Shown here piece by piece: positions 26,275-39,477 of a stretch of 64,000 nt of DNA. The stretch spans positions 13,764,001-13,828,000 of the forward strand of contig NC_043021.1 in NCBI RefSeq assembly GCF_006345805.1. Direction: 5' to 3'. A model generated the notes under the pieces. It did no database searches. It was not told where the DNA came from and saw only the letters and a program-made list of their open reading frames with translations. The position numbers and the translations under genes are program-made. Each line of letters opens with the position of its first letter. The stretch's first letter is position 1. The DNA comes from Octopus sinensis (taxonomy: Eukaryota).

Positions 26275-26520
26275 AACATACCTATTTCTTTATTGCCCAC
26301 AAGGGGCTAAACATAGAGGGGACAAACAAGGACAGACATAGGTATTAAGTCGATTACATCGACCCCAGTGCGTAACTGGTACTTAATTTATCGATCCCGA
26401 AAGGCTGAAAGGCAAAGTCGACCTTGGCAGAATTTGAACTCAGAACGTTACGGCAGACGAAATACGGCTACGCATTTCGCCCGGCGTGCTAATGTTTCCG
26501 CCAGCTCACCGCCTTGGATC
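26275..26520 (-). mobile_element. tRNA-derived SINE (family B), young CpG-rich copy
   Basis: Minus head aggcggtgagctggcggaaacattagcacgccgggcgaaatgc...gagttcaaattc; central gactttgcctttca.cctttcgggatcgataaattaagtaccag. Near-identical copy at 24900-25135. Confidence 0.85.
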
Positions 26521-27639
26521 GTGTCGTTCGCGAGAAGAGACTCAATAGATCGCAGTGTGGTAGCTGCTCTGCTAAGCACGTCACTCCGAACATACCATTT
26601 GAGAACTGGGGTCGATGTAGTCAACTTATCTCCTCCTCTGAAATTGCTGGCCTTGTGCTAAAATTTCAAATCTCTATTACTACCATCACTTCAGCATTTC
26701 ATCTGTCTTTACGCTCTGAGTTCAAATTCCACTGAGGTCGACTTTGCCTTTCATCCTTTTGAGGTTGATAAAATAAAGTACCAGTCAAATACAGGGGGCT
26801 GATGTAATCGACTTATCCCCTCTTCTCCAGGGGTGCTGCCCTTGTGCCAATATTTGAAATCAATATTACTACTATCACCACCTTCATCACCACCGACAGC
26901 AGCTTTACAACAACTACTACCACTGCGGACACTGCAACCATGACAACAATTACCACCATCATCACCACTACAACTGACAACAGTATCACCACTACCATCA
27001 CCACCACCACAACCAGTACCACCACCACTACTAGCATCTCTAATATCATCACCACCACTCCCTGACCCCTAATGTCACTACTGTTGTACCTTTACATCAC
27101 CATTACTAATGTCCCTACTATGTCCATCATCATTGTTACTACTATCACCACTACAACCTGTATCATCACTCACATCACCATTGCTACCACCACCACCACA
27201 ACAAGAACAACAACCACTGCCATGACCACAGTTACACTACCAACATACCACTACTGTTACTGCTATCTCACTATCACCACCACCGCCACTATAATTGCTG
27301 CTACCAATGCCATCACCACCACTGCCACTACTGACCCCACAACCACTATTATTGCTGTCTCAGTATCACCACCACCACCATAAATTCTAACTTGCCACCA
27401 CCACCACCACCACCATAAATTCTAACTTGCCACCACCACCACCACCACCATAAATTCTATCATGCCACTGCCACCACCAATACCATCACTGTCACCACCA
27501 CCTCCACAAATTCTATCAAGTTGCCATCGCTCCACCACCATCTACCACCACCACCTCCACTACCACCACCACCATCACTCACCACCACCACTACCATAAA
27601 TTCTATCATGCTGCCAATGGCATCACCACCACAAATTCT

Positions 27640-28200
27640 ATTATGCTGCCACCACCACCATCTCCACCGCCACCACCATCTCCACCACCACCACCATCTC
27701 CACCGCCACCACCATCTCCACCGCCACCACCATCTCCACTGTCACCACCATCTCCACTGCCACCACCATCTCCACAGCCGCTACCATCTCCACCACCACC
27801 ATCCCCACTGCCACCACCATCTCCACCGCCACTACCATCTCCACTGCCACCACCATCTCCACCACCGCTACCATCTCCACCACCACCATCTCCGCTGTCA
27901 CCACCATCTCCACTGCCACCACCATCTCCACCGCCGCTACCATCTCCACCACCACCATCCCCACTGCCACCACCATCTCCACTGCCACTACCATCTCCTC
28001 CACCACTACCATCTCCACTGCCACCACCATCTCCACCACCGCTACCATCTCCACTGCCACCACCATCTCCACCGCCACCACCATCTCCACCACCGCTACC
28101 ATCTCCACTGCCACCACCATCTCCACCGCCACCACCATCTCGACCACCGCTACCATCTCCACTGCCACCACCATCTCCACTGCCACCACCATCACCACTG
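27640..28200. repeat. 15/18-bp minisatellite (ccaccaccatctccactg)n
   Basis: Direct inspection; open in three frames (PPPPSP, HHHLHC, VEMVVA). Confidence 0.9.
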
Positions 28201-28959
28201 TGTACTGAGTCAGATAAATTGATTGTTATATAAAGTAACTGTTGATTGACCTACTGATGCTGTATACACACACACACAGGATGTGTGTATGGAGAGAATT
28301 AGATGTGTAGCGCATTGCGCGCGCCGCGTATATATATATATATATATATCGTACTGTAGTGTGCTGTGTGTGTATTATATGTGTCTGTGTAGTGTGTGTG
28401 TGTGCGTATTGGAGGAGTCAGCGATATCAATCGATTGTAATATATAGCTTTAAACTGTTGATTCACTAACTGAAGGTGTGTACACGGAAGTCAGGTGGGT
28501 GTATGTATGAGTGTGTATTTGTATATTGAGCATGTGTGCATGTGCATATGTGCATATGCGTTTGCGTTGTATGCACTGAATTAGCTTTTCTCCCTTCCTC
28601 CCTCTCTCTCTCTCTCTATATATAAATATATACATACATACATGCACATGTGTTTGGATGTATACATTGAACTCTTGTGTTATATATTCCTAACTCGCTT
28701 TGCATGCTATGCTATTTGTCGACCATTCTTCCTGTCTGTACAGTTTCACCTAGTTTCACTCTGAACATTAAGCCATAGCACCAACTACCTGTTGGAGTGG
28801 TGTGCACTCTCAGTGATTAGGTATCTTACCTAGCTAAATAAAATAGGTTTGTGTAGCATCAGGAACATCAAGAAGGGCATCTGGCTGGAAAAACAGACTG
28901 AAAATGAAGTGTAATAATAATGATGATAATAATAATGATGATAATAATAATGATGATAA

Positions 28960-29445
28960 TTGGTATAAAAGATGGGCTACAGCAAATATTCTGCTCAATA
29001 CCACAGATTTGCTTGTCAGTTGTTTGACCGCAACCAGTTGAGCATGTCCCTTAGTGGCTGACGATATGTGCATCTCTGATCACAAACAGAAGTAGTGGGG
29101 GAACATCATAGCCATGTGTTGAAAGGAATTCTTTGGGGTTTGGATAATTCACCTCTGGAAACATGGGTGTTTCCTTCAACATCCTTAAACAACCCTTATT
29201 CAGGGACCTTTTGAGCGAGATGGGTTACTCAACCAGAAGAAAATTCTAACTGGGCCCCACCTGCAAGGTCATGTGCTGTTTATCTTGATATGAGATCACC
29301 ATGTCGCGCACATATGGTTGTGATGCATGTGCATAGTGTACCCTTATTAGACGGGTAATCATGATGGGTATACTGGGCTTCATATATTTTACCCCAGTGT
29401 CACTTTGATGGTAGCTGCCAGGACACTGCATCCTTCAAAAATACC
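28960..29445 (+). mobile_element. About 480-bp interspersed repeat of unassigned class ending in a CR1-tail-like segment
   Basis: High identity over its whole length to the reverse complement of 62217-62700. Confidence 0.8.
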
Positions 29446-29565
29446 ATGTGGCATTGTTTTAAAGCTCAGAATTGTGAAAGCATGGAATAAACTACCCTCA
29501 TCAGTGTCCTTTTGGAATGCAGTGGAGGCAGTGGAATTTTAGAAGGATGCAGGTAGTTTATTCCA

Positions 29566-30185
29566 ACTGATGAGGGTAGTTTATTCCATGCTTTCACAAT
29601 TCTGAGCTTTAAAAAATGCTGCCAAAAGTCAAAGATGCTGTACTAGTTTTTGATTTTACAAGCAATGTTCATAAGTAGTTGAGATATTGAATTCAAAATG
29701 GTGGCTAAAGTTGTTGTTGGAAAGATATTAGACGAGTTTGTGGACGTCCATCAATAAACTTTAGTGTGTTGATGTCCAGAGAAGCAATACGTTTAAGATA
29801 TATTGAATGAATGGCAGAGGGTATTTGTCTAACTGCATATCTTTGGACAGCTTCCAGTAGATTGATATTCTGAATAAAACATAGATTTCAGACTGTAACT
29901 GCAAACTGTAAGTTTGGACGTAAAATAGTCATAATTAGCTTTAAATAGATGGACAGTGAGAGACTGACACAGGTCTTATTGATTGATGCTAAAACAGCTT
30001 TGGCTTTTTCAGCGATTTTTAGAAACATGGTTTATCCAAGTAGGATCATTGTTGACAATAATGTCCAAGTGACAGGGGCCCTTCAACTCTTGTTCTCGTC
30101 TTAGGTTTTTCATGACATCCAGTGTGTCTTGTGTGTTTTAAACCTGGCAGAGTCCATTTGTCTCTAGATCTGAACATGGCTGATT
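29566..30185 (-). mobile_element. CR1/L2-clade LINE ORF2 3' remnant
   Basis: Minus-strand motifs RPNLQFAVTV*N, LEAVQRYAVRQIPS and FFKLRIVKAWNKLPSSV match the CR1 ORF2 C-terminus (VRPxLEYA / LExVQRxATK / RVVxxWNxLP). Confidence 0.8.
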
Positions 30186-30880
30186 CTATTTCAAGAGAAA
30201 GTGTGAATTAGAGAGAGGGGGGAGGAGGTGAGAGGAGAGAGAGTGGAGAATCAGTCTCAGTACTTGATACTGGACCAACGACCAGCCAAAACAAAATGAA
30301 GCAAACAAAAAGAAAAGATAAGGTGGTTTGTTCATGTCCTGTTCCCAGTGTTGTAATGTGTCTGTGACAAATATATTGGGCACCAGTGCAATGTTGCTGA
30401 TCTGAGTTCTATTTCTTCTTTCACCTCAACTTATTGTCTTTCTCCTCTTCACCGGTCAGATGAAAAGCAAAGTCAACATCGGTGCTACTTAAACCCCAGA
30501 ACATACAGAGCCTAACCAAATATCACAAAGCATTTTACCTGAGGTGCTAAATGATTCTTCCAGCTTGAAAACTAATGATTACTCATTGCAGCATGAAGCT
30601 TACAACTTTATAAACAGGATGTAGTTAATGCAATTAACTTCCCTGACATATTACTGGTACTTATTGACCTGCTCCCTCTTCACTCCACCTGTATTACTGA
30701 GAATATTTGATATCACTGCTCTGATGGTATTGATAAAGCATATGCAGGAAGTTATATAAATGAATGCGTGTATGTATATGATGTAAGCGTATGCTCTGTA
30801 TGTACATTATGTATGTATATATGTGTGTGTGTCCTTAGCCTTAAGGCTGAAATGTATAAAAGAATACACACGCATACATA

Positions 30881-31050
30881 CAAGGTGGGCCAAAAGTCAC
30901 GCACAGTATAAGTTCAATATGCCTTGGAATTGTCAAAGACATGCTTCAATTTTTCTAAAATTGATTAAAATAAATGAAATAATGATGAATACACATGCAC
31001 GTGTACACGAAGAACAAAATAAACAACAACAATAATAATGATAATAATCT
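30881..31050 (+). mobile_element. Truncated copy of the same MITE family
   Basis: TA-CAAGGTGGGCCAAAAGTCACGCA...; homologous to 52971 onward and followed by a SINE insertion. Confidence 0.7.
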
Positions 31051-31663
31051 TTCAACTATTGGCACAAGACTCGAAATTTTTGGGGATGGTGTCAGTCGAT
31101 TAGATCAACCCCAGTATGCAACTGGTACTTTATTTATCAACCCCGAAAGGCAAACTCAACATAGCAATGGGCGAAATACCGCTAAGCATTTCGTCCAGTT
31201 TGCTAACGATTTTGCCAGCTCACCACCTTAATTATACTAATAATAATGTCAGTCATGAGACTATGAATATGTTGGGGACACTGAAGAATTATATATATAT
31301 ATAGTGTTTACATCATATGCACATATACTTTGTATACATTGTGTGTTTGTGTGTGTATTGTTTTCTTAGTAAAAATATCTTTCACACACACACATGCAAA
31401 TATATTTGTCTGCATATATATATATTTCTGAGTTAATCAAGGGAATAAATTACAGATGCACACACACACAGACACATCTTTATCACCATCATCATCATTG
31501 CACTTAAACACAATGGCATACATTGTAATCTTTACTATCCCTTAACACACTCATATCACACACACACACACACACACACACACCCATCATCATCTTCATC
31601 ATGCTTTCATGATGCACACACATGCACTCAGACACACATGCACAAGCATCATCATTACAATAC

Positions 31664-31697
<34 letters not shown>

Positions 31698-32059
31698 TCA
31701 TCATCATCATCAACAGTACCAGCAGATTTGTTGTCATCACTATCACCACCACCACTACTATCACCATAACCACCATCATCAACCACCACCACCACCATCG
31801 TCGTTGTCATCATGACCATTACTGTCATCTTAATCACCACAGTCAGCTTAATTACCATAGTTGCTGTCATCACTATACTGTCAGTCGTCACCACCACCAC
31901 CACCACCATCATCATCTTAACCTTAATCATCTTAATCCTAATCATCATAATCATCACCACACTGTAATATCTACAGGTATATTTCACTCTCTCTCTCTTC
32001 TCTCCTTTCTTATTCCCTCTGATTTTGTCATACTCCTATCTCTTACTCTATCACTCCCA

Positions 32060-32094
<35 letters not shown>

Positions 32095-34414
32095 TTTGCA
32101 TATTTATCTCTCTCTTTCTTAATTTCTTACTCTCATTCTCTCTCCTTCCTTTCTCTCTGTCTTTCCATTCTCTCTCACTCCCTCACCCTCTCTCTCCTAT
32201 TTCTGTCTTTCTCTTCATACTCTCCCACTCTCTCCTTCCCTTCTCTCTGTTTTTCCATTCTCTTTCACTGCCTTCTCCCTCTCTCTTTGTCTTCTTTTCT
32301 CTCTCTCACTCCCATTCTCTCTCTCTCTCTCTCTTCTTACTTTCTCTCTATCTTTCTCTCGATTTTCTCTCAGTTCCTGTTATACTCCCTCTACCACCCA
32401 GTCACTACTCCAACTCTCCCCCTCTTCCAGTCTTTGCTAGACTCCCCTGTTACACATCCTCTCTCTCTCTCTTTGTATCTCTCTCTCTCTTTGTTTCTCT
32501 CTCTCTCTCTCTTTCTCTCCCCACCCACTCCCCTCCACAATTTTGTGATTTTTCTTTTTCTCAGGTTTTGGAGTGAAATCTTTCATTGATTTACCTCTGA
32601 ACTGGGACAGAAGAACTGGAGGGTAGGGGACAGGGGTGGTTTGGTGCTGGTTGTTTGGCTGGTAGATGGAGCTGCTGGGTGAGAAATGCAATGGGGACGG
32701 GGAGAGGTGTTAAAAGTGGTGGTAGTGGTGGTAGAGTTAAAAGTGCTGATGAAGGATAAGTTGTGGTGGTAGTGGTGGTGGTGGTGCTACTGATTGAAAT
32801 GGTGCCGGTGGTTGATGTGGTGGTGGTGGTGATGGTCTATGTGGTAGTGGTGGTGGTGACAGTGATGTCATAGTGATAGTAGTGCTTTAAGTGATTAGTG
32901 TTGGTGGTGGTGGTCATGATAGTGTTACTGATTGGAATTGTGCTGCTAGTTGATGTGGTGGTGGCGGCAGTGGTGCTAGATGTGATGCAGTGTTAAAAGT
33001 AGTGGTAATAGATACAGTGGATGATGGCAGTGGTGGCGGTGGTGAGTGACTGTGGTATGATGGTGATGGTGGTGGTGATGGTGGTGATGGCAGTGGTGGT
33101 GGTGCTAGAAGCAAGTTGTCTTCATCATTGCTACTCCAGGTGGAGCCCTAGTGCTGGGGAGTCAAGGTTGGATCAGCATGGCGGTGGTAGTAGATTTGAT
33201 GAGGTGGGTGTCATGGATGAGTGAAATTTTTTTTGCTCACCTCCTCCCATCCTACCCTGCCACCCCCTCCTGCACTTCCTACTTCCTCTCCCTTGTTTCA
33301 GGAAAGGTTTCAATTACTTAAGGGTGAGATGTCGACAAGGGTGAGAGTGGGGGAATGGCAAGGGATGGTGCAGTGGGGATGGAAAAGTAACTGGGATGTT
33401 GCTGTTGATGGTGATGATAATGATGTTTGTGTGTGTATGTGGAGGGGGAGATGAGATGAGGGGAAGTAGAGAGAGAATCCCTATCTCTTGTTTTTAGTAC
33501 CCCCCCTCCTGCTCACAGGTTGTTGTTGATTGTGGTGGTGGTGGTGGTGGTAGTTATGGTGGGGATGATGATGTTGGTGTGGTGCAGATGTGATAACCCT
33601 GCTTTGAGGCATCTCTCCTCCTCCTCATCCTCCAAGATTCTCTTGGATCCTTGTGTGTGTGTGTGTGTGTGTGAAGGGAGCACCCCTGGGAGGATGTTGA
33701 GGTGAAATGAAGGGAGGGGCTAATGTGTGCATGTAAGGAAACTGCAAAGAAGAAAAAAAACGAAATCTACATGACACTATCATTGTTCCCTCCATCTTCC
33801 ATCTCCTCGCGCTAGCTCTGCCAAACCCACCCCTACTGGCACCAACCATTTTGCTATCTTTCACTTTAATGTAAAGATTTTGTTTGCAGGGGAAAAACAA
33901 AAATGTTATTATTGTAAACTAATTTTGTTTCTTTCCAGAAAATTCTTCGGGTTAAATATTTAGAAATCTGTTGTTGTTCTTATTGTTGATTGTCACTCTT
34001 GATACTGTTTGGTCAGTGACTGTTATTCATCTATTGTCCTTGTGGCAAAGAAAGAAACAATTACTATTATTAATTATTATTATCTAAGGCTGTGAACTGG
34101 CAGAATTGTTACCTCGCCAAGCAAAATGCTTAGTGGTATTTCGCCCGTTGCTGTGTCCTGAGTTCAAATTCTGCCGAGGTCGACTTTGCCTTTCATTCTT
34201 TCAGGGTTGATAAAATAAGTACCAATTATACACTAGGGTCGATGTAATCAACTTAACCCCATCCCCTGAGCTGCCCATATGGCAAAAATTTGAAATCATT
34301 GTTGTTAATAGTCACAACACTCAAAGATTCTCATAAAATAAAAGTTAAAAGCAATGGCAATTTAGTGTGGGTGAAGTGGGACAAACAATTATGTAAACAA
34401 AAGCAAATAAAATA

Positions 34415-34770
34415 TAGTTGTGTGGTTAAGAAGCTTGTTTTGCAACCACATGGTTGCAGGTTCAATCACATTGCACAGCACCTTGGTCTGATGGTTCCTA
34501 CTATAGCTTCTGTCCCACCAATGACTTGTGAGTGTATCTGGTGGATGGAAACTGTGTGGAAGCCTGTTGCATGTGTTTCTTTGTGTCTGTGTTTGTTTTC
34601 CCTTACCAGCTAGTGTTGGTTTATTTACATCCCCATAACTTAGTAGTTCAACAAAATAGACCAATGGATTAAGTACCTGACTTGAAACAAGTATTATGTG
34701 GTATTTGTTTTGAGCAAACCCTTCAAAGCTGTGCCCCAGCATGGCCACAGTTTAACGACTAGAGCAAATA
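34415..34770 (+). mobile_element. Family A SINE
   Basis: Same head, CORE and tail. Confidence 0.75.
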
Positions 34771-35079
34771 ACAAAAAAAAAATACAGTGGACAAATGAAT
34801 TATGTGAGAAATGAGATGTAGAATAAGTAGAAAATTATATGAAAACCAGTGATTAAAATTAAATTAAGTCCTTCTGGGTTGGATCAGAGCCCCTTGTGTT
34901 CCTAACAATCTTCTCTCTTCTTCACCCAATCCTTCTAGGTACTGAAGGTCTCTTGTCCTGAAAGATTATGTGAGTGGTTTAAGCAAGAAGGGCCCAAAAC
35001 TCCATTTTTGTTCAAATATAGCATTTCATCCGTTTGTCTTCGTTACCTACAATTCCTGCAAGGATCATGGTTGAGTTCT

Positions 35080-36075
35080 CAGGTATCCCCTCCATAGGGT
35101 CTTATCAGAAGTAACTGTCATTTCACTTTACAGCTGGGTTCCCAAATGTGACCGACTGAGACTACGGACATTATCCAACCATTTTGTTCTTGGTCTGCTC
35201 TTAAGTCTCCTGCTGGTTGGCTTCGCTTGAAGAACTTGTCATGCAATTCATTCTTGCAACATTCTAATTGCATGTCCATAGTACCCAAGCTGTGACTTCT
35301 CAGTGCTGAGAAGTAGTGGCTCAACCTGGAGAGGCTCCCTGATCTCTGAGCTATACACCCTGTCAAGAAACAGTACTCTGGAGGTCCTTTGGAGGAACCC
35401 CATTACAGCCACTTGTATTTGTGGTTGTACTCTTTCAGTCATCACCCAACATTCATAACCAACTCAGACTATGGAGATTATCCAACTGTCTTATTCTTGG
35501 TCCACCCTAGGTCTCCTGCCAGTCAAAGGGTAGAGTCTTCAGGTACTGCCTCCATAGTGTTTTATCAGAAGTAACCATCATTACACTTTCCTACTGGATC
35601 CCCGAGCATGACCAACTCAGACTATGGACATTATCCAACCATCTCATTCCAAGTCTTCTGCTGGTTCACTTAGCTTTAAGAATCTGTCTTGTGATTCTTG
35701 CCTGTGACATTCTAATTATATGTCTGTTGTATCAAAGCTATGACATTTCAATGTGGAGAATTGGCTTGACCTGGAAAGACTCTTTTTATATCCAGGCTAT
35801 GCACCCTGCCAAGTAATATTACTCTCGAGATCCTTTGGTGGTTGCTCCATTTTGGCCTCTTGTATTCATGATTGTATTATTTCGGTCATTATCCAACATT
35901 CATGACCAACTGAGATTATGGATATCATCCAACCATCACATTTTCGTGCTACCCCTAAATTTCCTGCTGGTTGGCTCTATTTGGAAGAACCTGTCTTATG
36001 ATCCTTTCCTACAACATCCTAATCACATGTCTGAAGTTTTCAAGCTGTGACCCCTCAATGTGGAGATGTAGAATT
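35080..36075 (-). mobile_element. Tandem degenerate RTE-clade (Expander/Rex3-like) LINE 3' ends
   Basis: Minus peptide MTERVQPQIQVAVMGFLQRTSRVLFLDRVYSSEIREPLQVEPLLLSTEKSQLGYYGHAIRM matches the RTE ORF2 C-terminus. The motif gaccaactcagactatggacattatccaacc recurs at about 35150, 35457, 35610 and 35905. Confidence 0.8.
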
Positions 36076-36108
36076 TCTTACACATGGAAAAATATTCTTG
36101 ACAAGCAG

Positions 36109-36166
<58 letters not shown>

Positions 36167-37434
36167 CTCTCTCCTCCTCCTCCTCTCTATCTCCCCCGCT
36201 CCCTCCCTATCTCTCTCTCCTTTGCTCTCTCTCTCTCTCTCTCTCCCTTCCTATCTCTCTCATATTCCACGTAGCATAATCCCGTTTCTTCACTTATCTG
36301 ATTTGTGCCTTTTGTTTCTTGCAATCCCCCCACGACCACCCAACCTGGCCTCAAAGCCTTCCTGTAATTCATTTTTGATTGTCCGTTAACAGTTCATTAA
36401 TAATTATAATTAATAACGGTACCTACAACAACACAATGATTTCCATATTAGACGAACTTCTGAATAAAGCCAAACCAAAATAACACAACTGATTCAGCAC
36501 AAATCTTTTCTGAATAAAAATACATCTAGCACACAGCATGCAGGAAATGAGGTCAATAACCACCATCACCATCACCACCACTTGTACACCCAACCAGCTG
36601 ACACTATATATTTATTAGTAAGACAAGCAGTTACCATAAATCTATGTTGTGCACCCCCTGAGGAATAACACTCCAGATATATTTGGTGTCACTGTGGGAG
36701 ATATTGATGTGAAACCATGGAGGCGGCATAGAACCTCAGTTAAGAATAACAATAACTATGCTGAGCCTATATGTGGTCATTAGACTTGCTAGAAATATTA
36801 GTCAAATCTAGTTCCCATCAATATGACACAATTGCATTTTTTAGTGGTTTGTTTTTTTAGAAAACCAAAAAAAAAATGACCTTTTGAATGGTGTAGTCTT
36901 AGATACTTTATGATGGTATCTAATCTTTTGTCGTTTTACTTGGTTTCAGTCATTGGATTGTGACCATGCTGGAGCACCACATTGAAGGGTTTTAGTCAAA
37001 CAAATCAACCCCAGTATTTGGGTTTTTTTTTTTTTTCAAGCTTTGTACTTATTCTGTCAGTCTCTTTTCTTGACTCCAAAATGATGATAGGCAAAGTTGA
37101 CTGGTGGAATTTGAACTCAGAACATTAAGGCAAACGAAATGCCGCTAAGCATTCTGCCCAGTGTGTTAGCTATTTTGCCAGCTCGCCATCTTACTTGGTT
37201 TCACGTTTTGGCACAAGGTCAGCAGTTTTGGGGATAGAAGCAAGTCGATTACTTTGACCCCCCCCCCCAGCCAGCACTCAGCTGGTACTTATTTTATTGA
37301 GTGGGAATTATGAAGGACAAAGTCGACCTCAGTGAAGTTTGAGCTCAGACTCTAAAAGCCAGAAGGAAAGCCACTAGGCATTTTGTCCAGCATGCTAATG
37401 GTTCTGCTAGCTCTATGTGCTAATGTCCACCACC

Positions 37435-37472
<38 letters not shown>

Positions 37473-39438
37473 GCTGCTGTTGCTAATAATAATATTAATA
37501 GTAATAATGATAATTTAAAAGGTGGGCGACTTCCTATCGAGTGTTGGTCCTCACAGAGGCAATGACCAAGCCCTTTAGTATTATGCTGAGAAGATCCATC
37601 AAGTTGAGGAAAATCACAATTGTGGCAGATACCGATGTCACGCAAATTGGCACTTGTGCCACCGGCGATGGACTTGATTGACTTGGAAGGGATCGTTGCC
37701 AATCATTGCCTGGATTTCACCAACAAATTCAGGAGTTCTTTTCTTATCAGTAAAAGCACCCCAGTGTCACGCAAATGGCACCCGTGCCGGTGGTATGTAA
37801 TAGCAACAGTTATACTCTTGGAGTGGTTAGTGTTAGGAAGGGCATCCAGCCATAGAAAACCATGCCAAACCAGACTGGAGTCTGGTGCAGCCTTCCAGTG
37901 TGCCAGCCCAGTCAAACTGTCCAACCCATGTTAGCATGGACAACGGGTGTTAAATACGAAGGGGTGATTAGTCTATTAAATCGACTGGCCTTGGAAGGCT
38001 GAAAAGAAAAGTTGACCTTTGTGGAATTTGAACTCAGAATGCAAAGATCTGGAAGGAATATTGCCGGTGGTGGGTGGGTGAAGGAGTGTGGCTTATTTTG
38101 TTTGACACTAATAAGAATTAATGATTTGTTGGCTGAAATATAGAAAGGAAGAAGACAAATACTGCTTTATTTTATTTTTTTTAAATAACACAAATTGCAC
38201 AGCTGCTAAAAGATGGTGTTTGTTGTGGAAATATATGACATGATGATGATGATGATGAAACTGTAGCTGATGATGATGATGATGGTGTAGATAATGCTGA
38301 TTCTATTGTTGATGGTGATGATGATGATATTTAATAGTTTTTCCAACTTGTTTACCTGAACAGCTGTTGACCCCATTTACTGGAACTCATTGTCTGCCTG
38401 CCTTCCTGTCTGTATGTCTGCCTGTCTTACTGCCAGCTGGCCTACCTGTGTGTGTCTGTCTACCTGTGTCTACTTACCTGTTTGCCTGTTACTTTGTCTA
38501 TTTTACTGCCTGTTTGCCCACCTGTTTGTCTCTGTGTCTACCTGTCTATCTGCCTGCCTTACTGCCCGACTGTCTGCTTCTCTGTTTTGCTTTCTGCCCA
38601 TCTTATTGCCAGTCTGAGGCTCTCTTCATGTGCCATGTCTCTTGTACAAGACTGAGTGATTTGGGTCCTTCATGCCTAAGTCTGAAAATCCCTGATTTTG
38701 CTTGGGAAAGATACAGCAGTAGCTTCCTGTTGCTTTCCACTGGTGTATTTACCATTTACTCTGTAAGTTTGCCATTCTCTTCAGCTTGCCTTCGAGGCAC
38801 AGGACCTATTTTGACCTCAGGCAAGAAGACTGGTTCATGTGACATCAGAGCATGTCTGCACACCTGTGGGACTGAGTGTCACATGTCCACAAGCCAGCCC
38901 TCCTCCAGATCCTGTATGTCATAGCCATTGGGCCATCTCTGGCCTGGGGTTGCAGTTATGAGGGCCTCATCATCGTCATTGTCACTATCATCATTACCAT
39001 CATCATCATTGTCACCATCATTATTATCATCATCATCATTACTATCATCATCATCATCATCGTATGTGGGCTTTCCATTCTAGCATAGGTTAGATGGGTC
39101 ATCACAGGCTAAATCATTTTCTGTCGGAAGCCACTACCTTCTTAAATGGATCAGAGATGCTTGCCTCATTCATGCTTTTAATTTTCAGCGTAGGTTTCTG
39201 TAACTGCATGCCCTTCATGACCAACCATTTCACAGTGTGTATTGAGTGCATATTATCATGGTACCAACACCAGAGCATTTGCCTTCTGCTGGGTGAGACT
39301 AAAGAGCCTCATCCTCACCATCTTCATCATCATCATTTTAGCTTTCTTGGAACCATGAACCCAGAACACAGCCACTCCTACGCCTATTATATACTATATC
39401 TTTCTCATATTTTTTCCATTGTCGTTCACATGATAGAT

Positions 39439-39474
<36 letters not shown>

Positions 39475-39477
<3 letters not shown>

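Noticed and set aside
27521-28233. Extensin-like (PPPPSP), His-rich and VEMVVA ORFs
   Set aside because: A single stop-free minisatellite read in three frames, with no splice or start context.
38367-38924. 185-aa ORF
   Set aside because: The N-terminal half is degenerate (CTGT/CTGC)n and the rest is probably a decayed LINE on the opposite strand; no recognisable domain.
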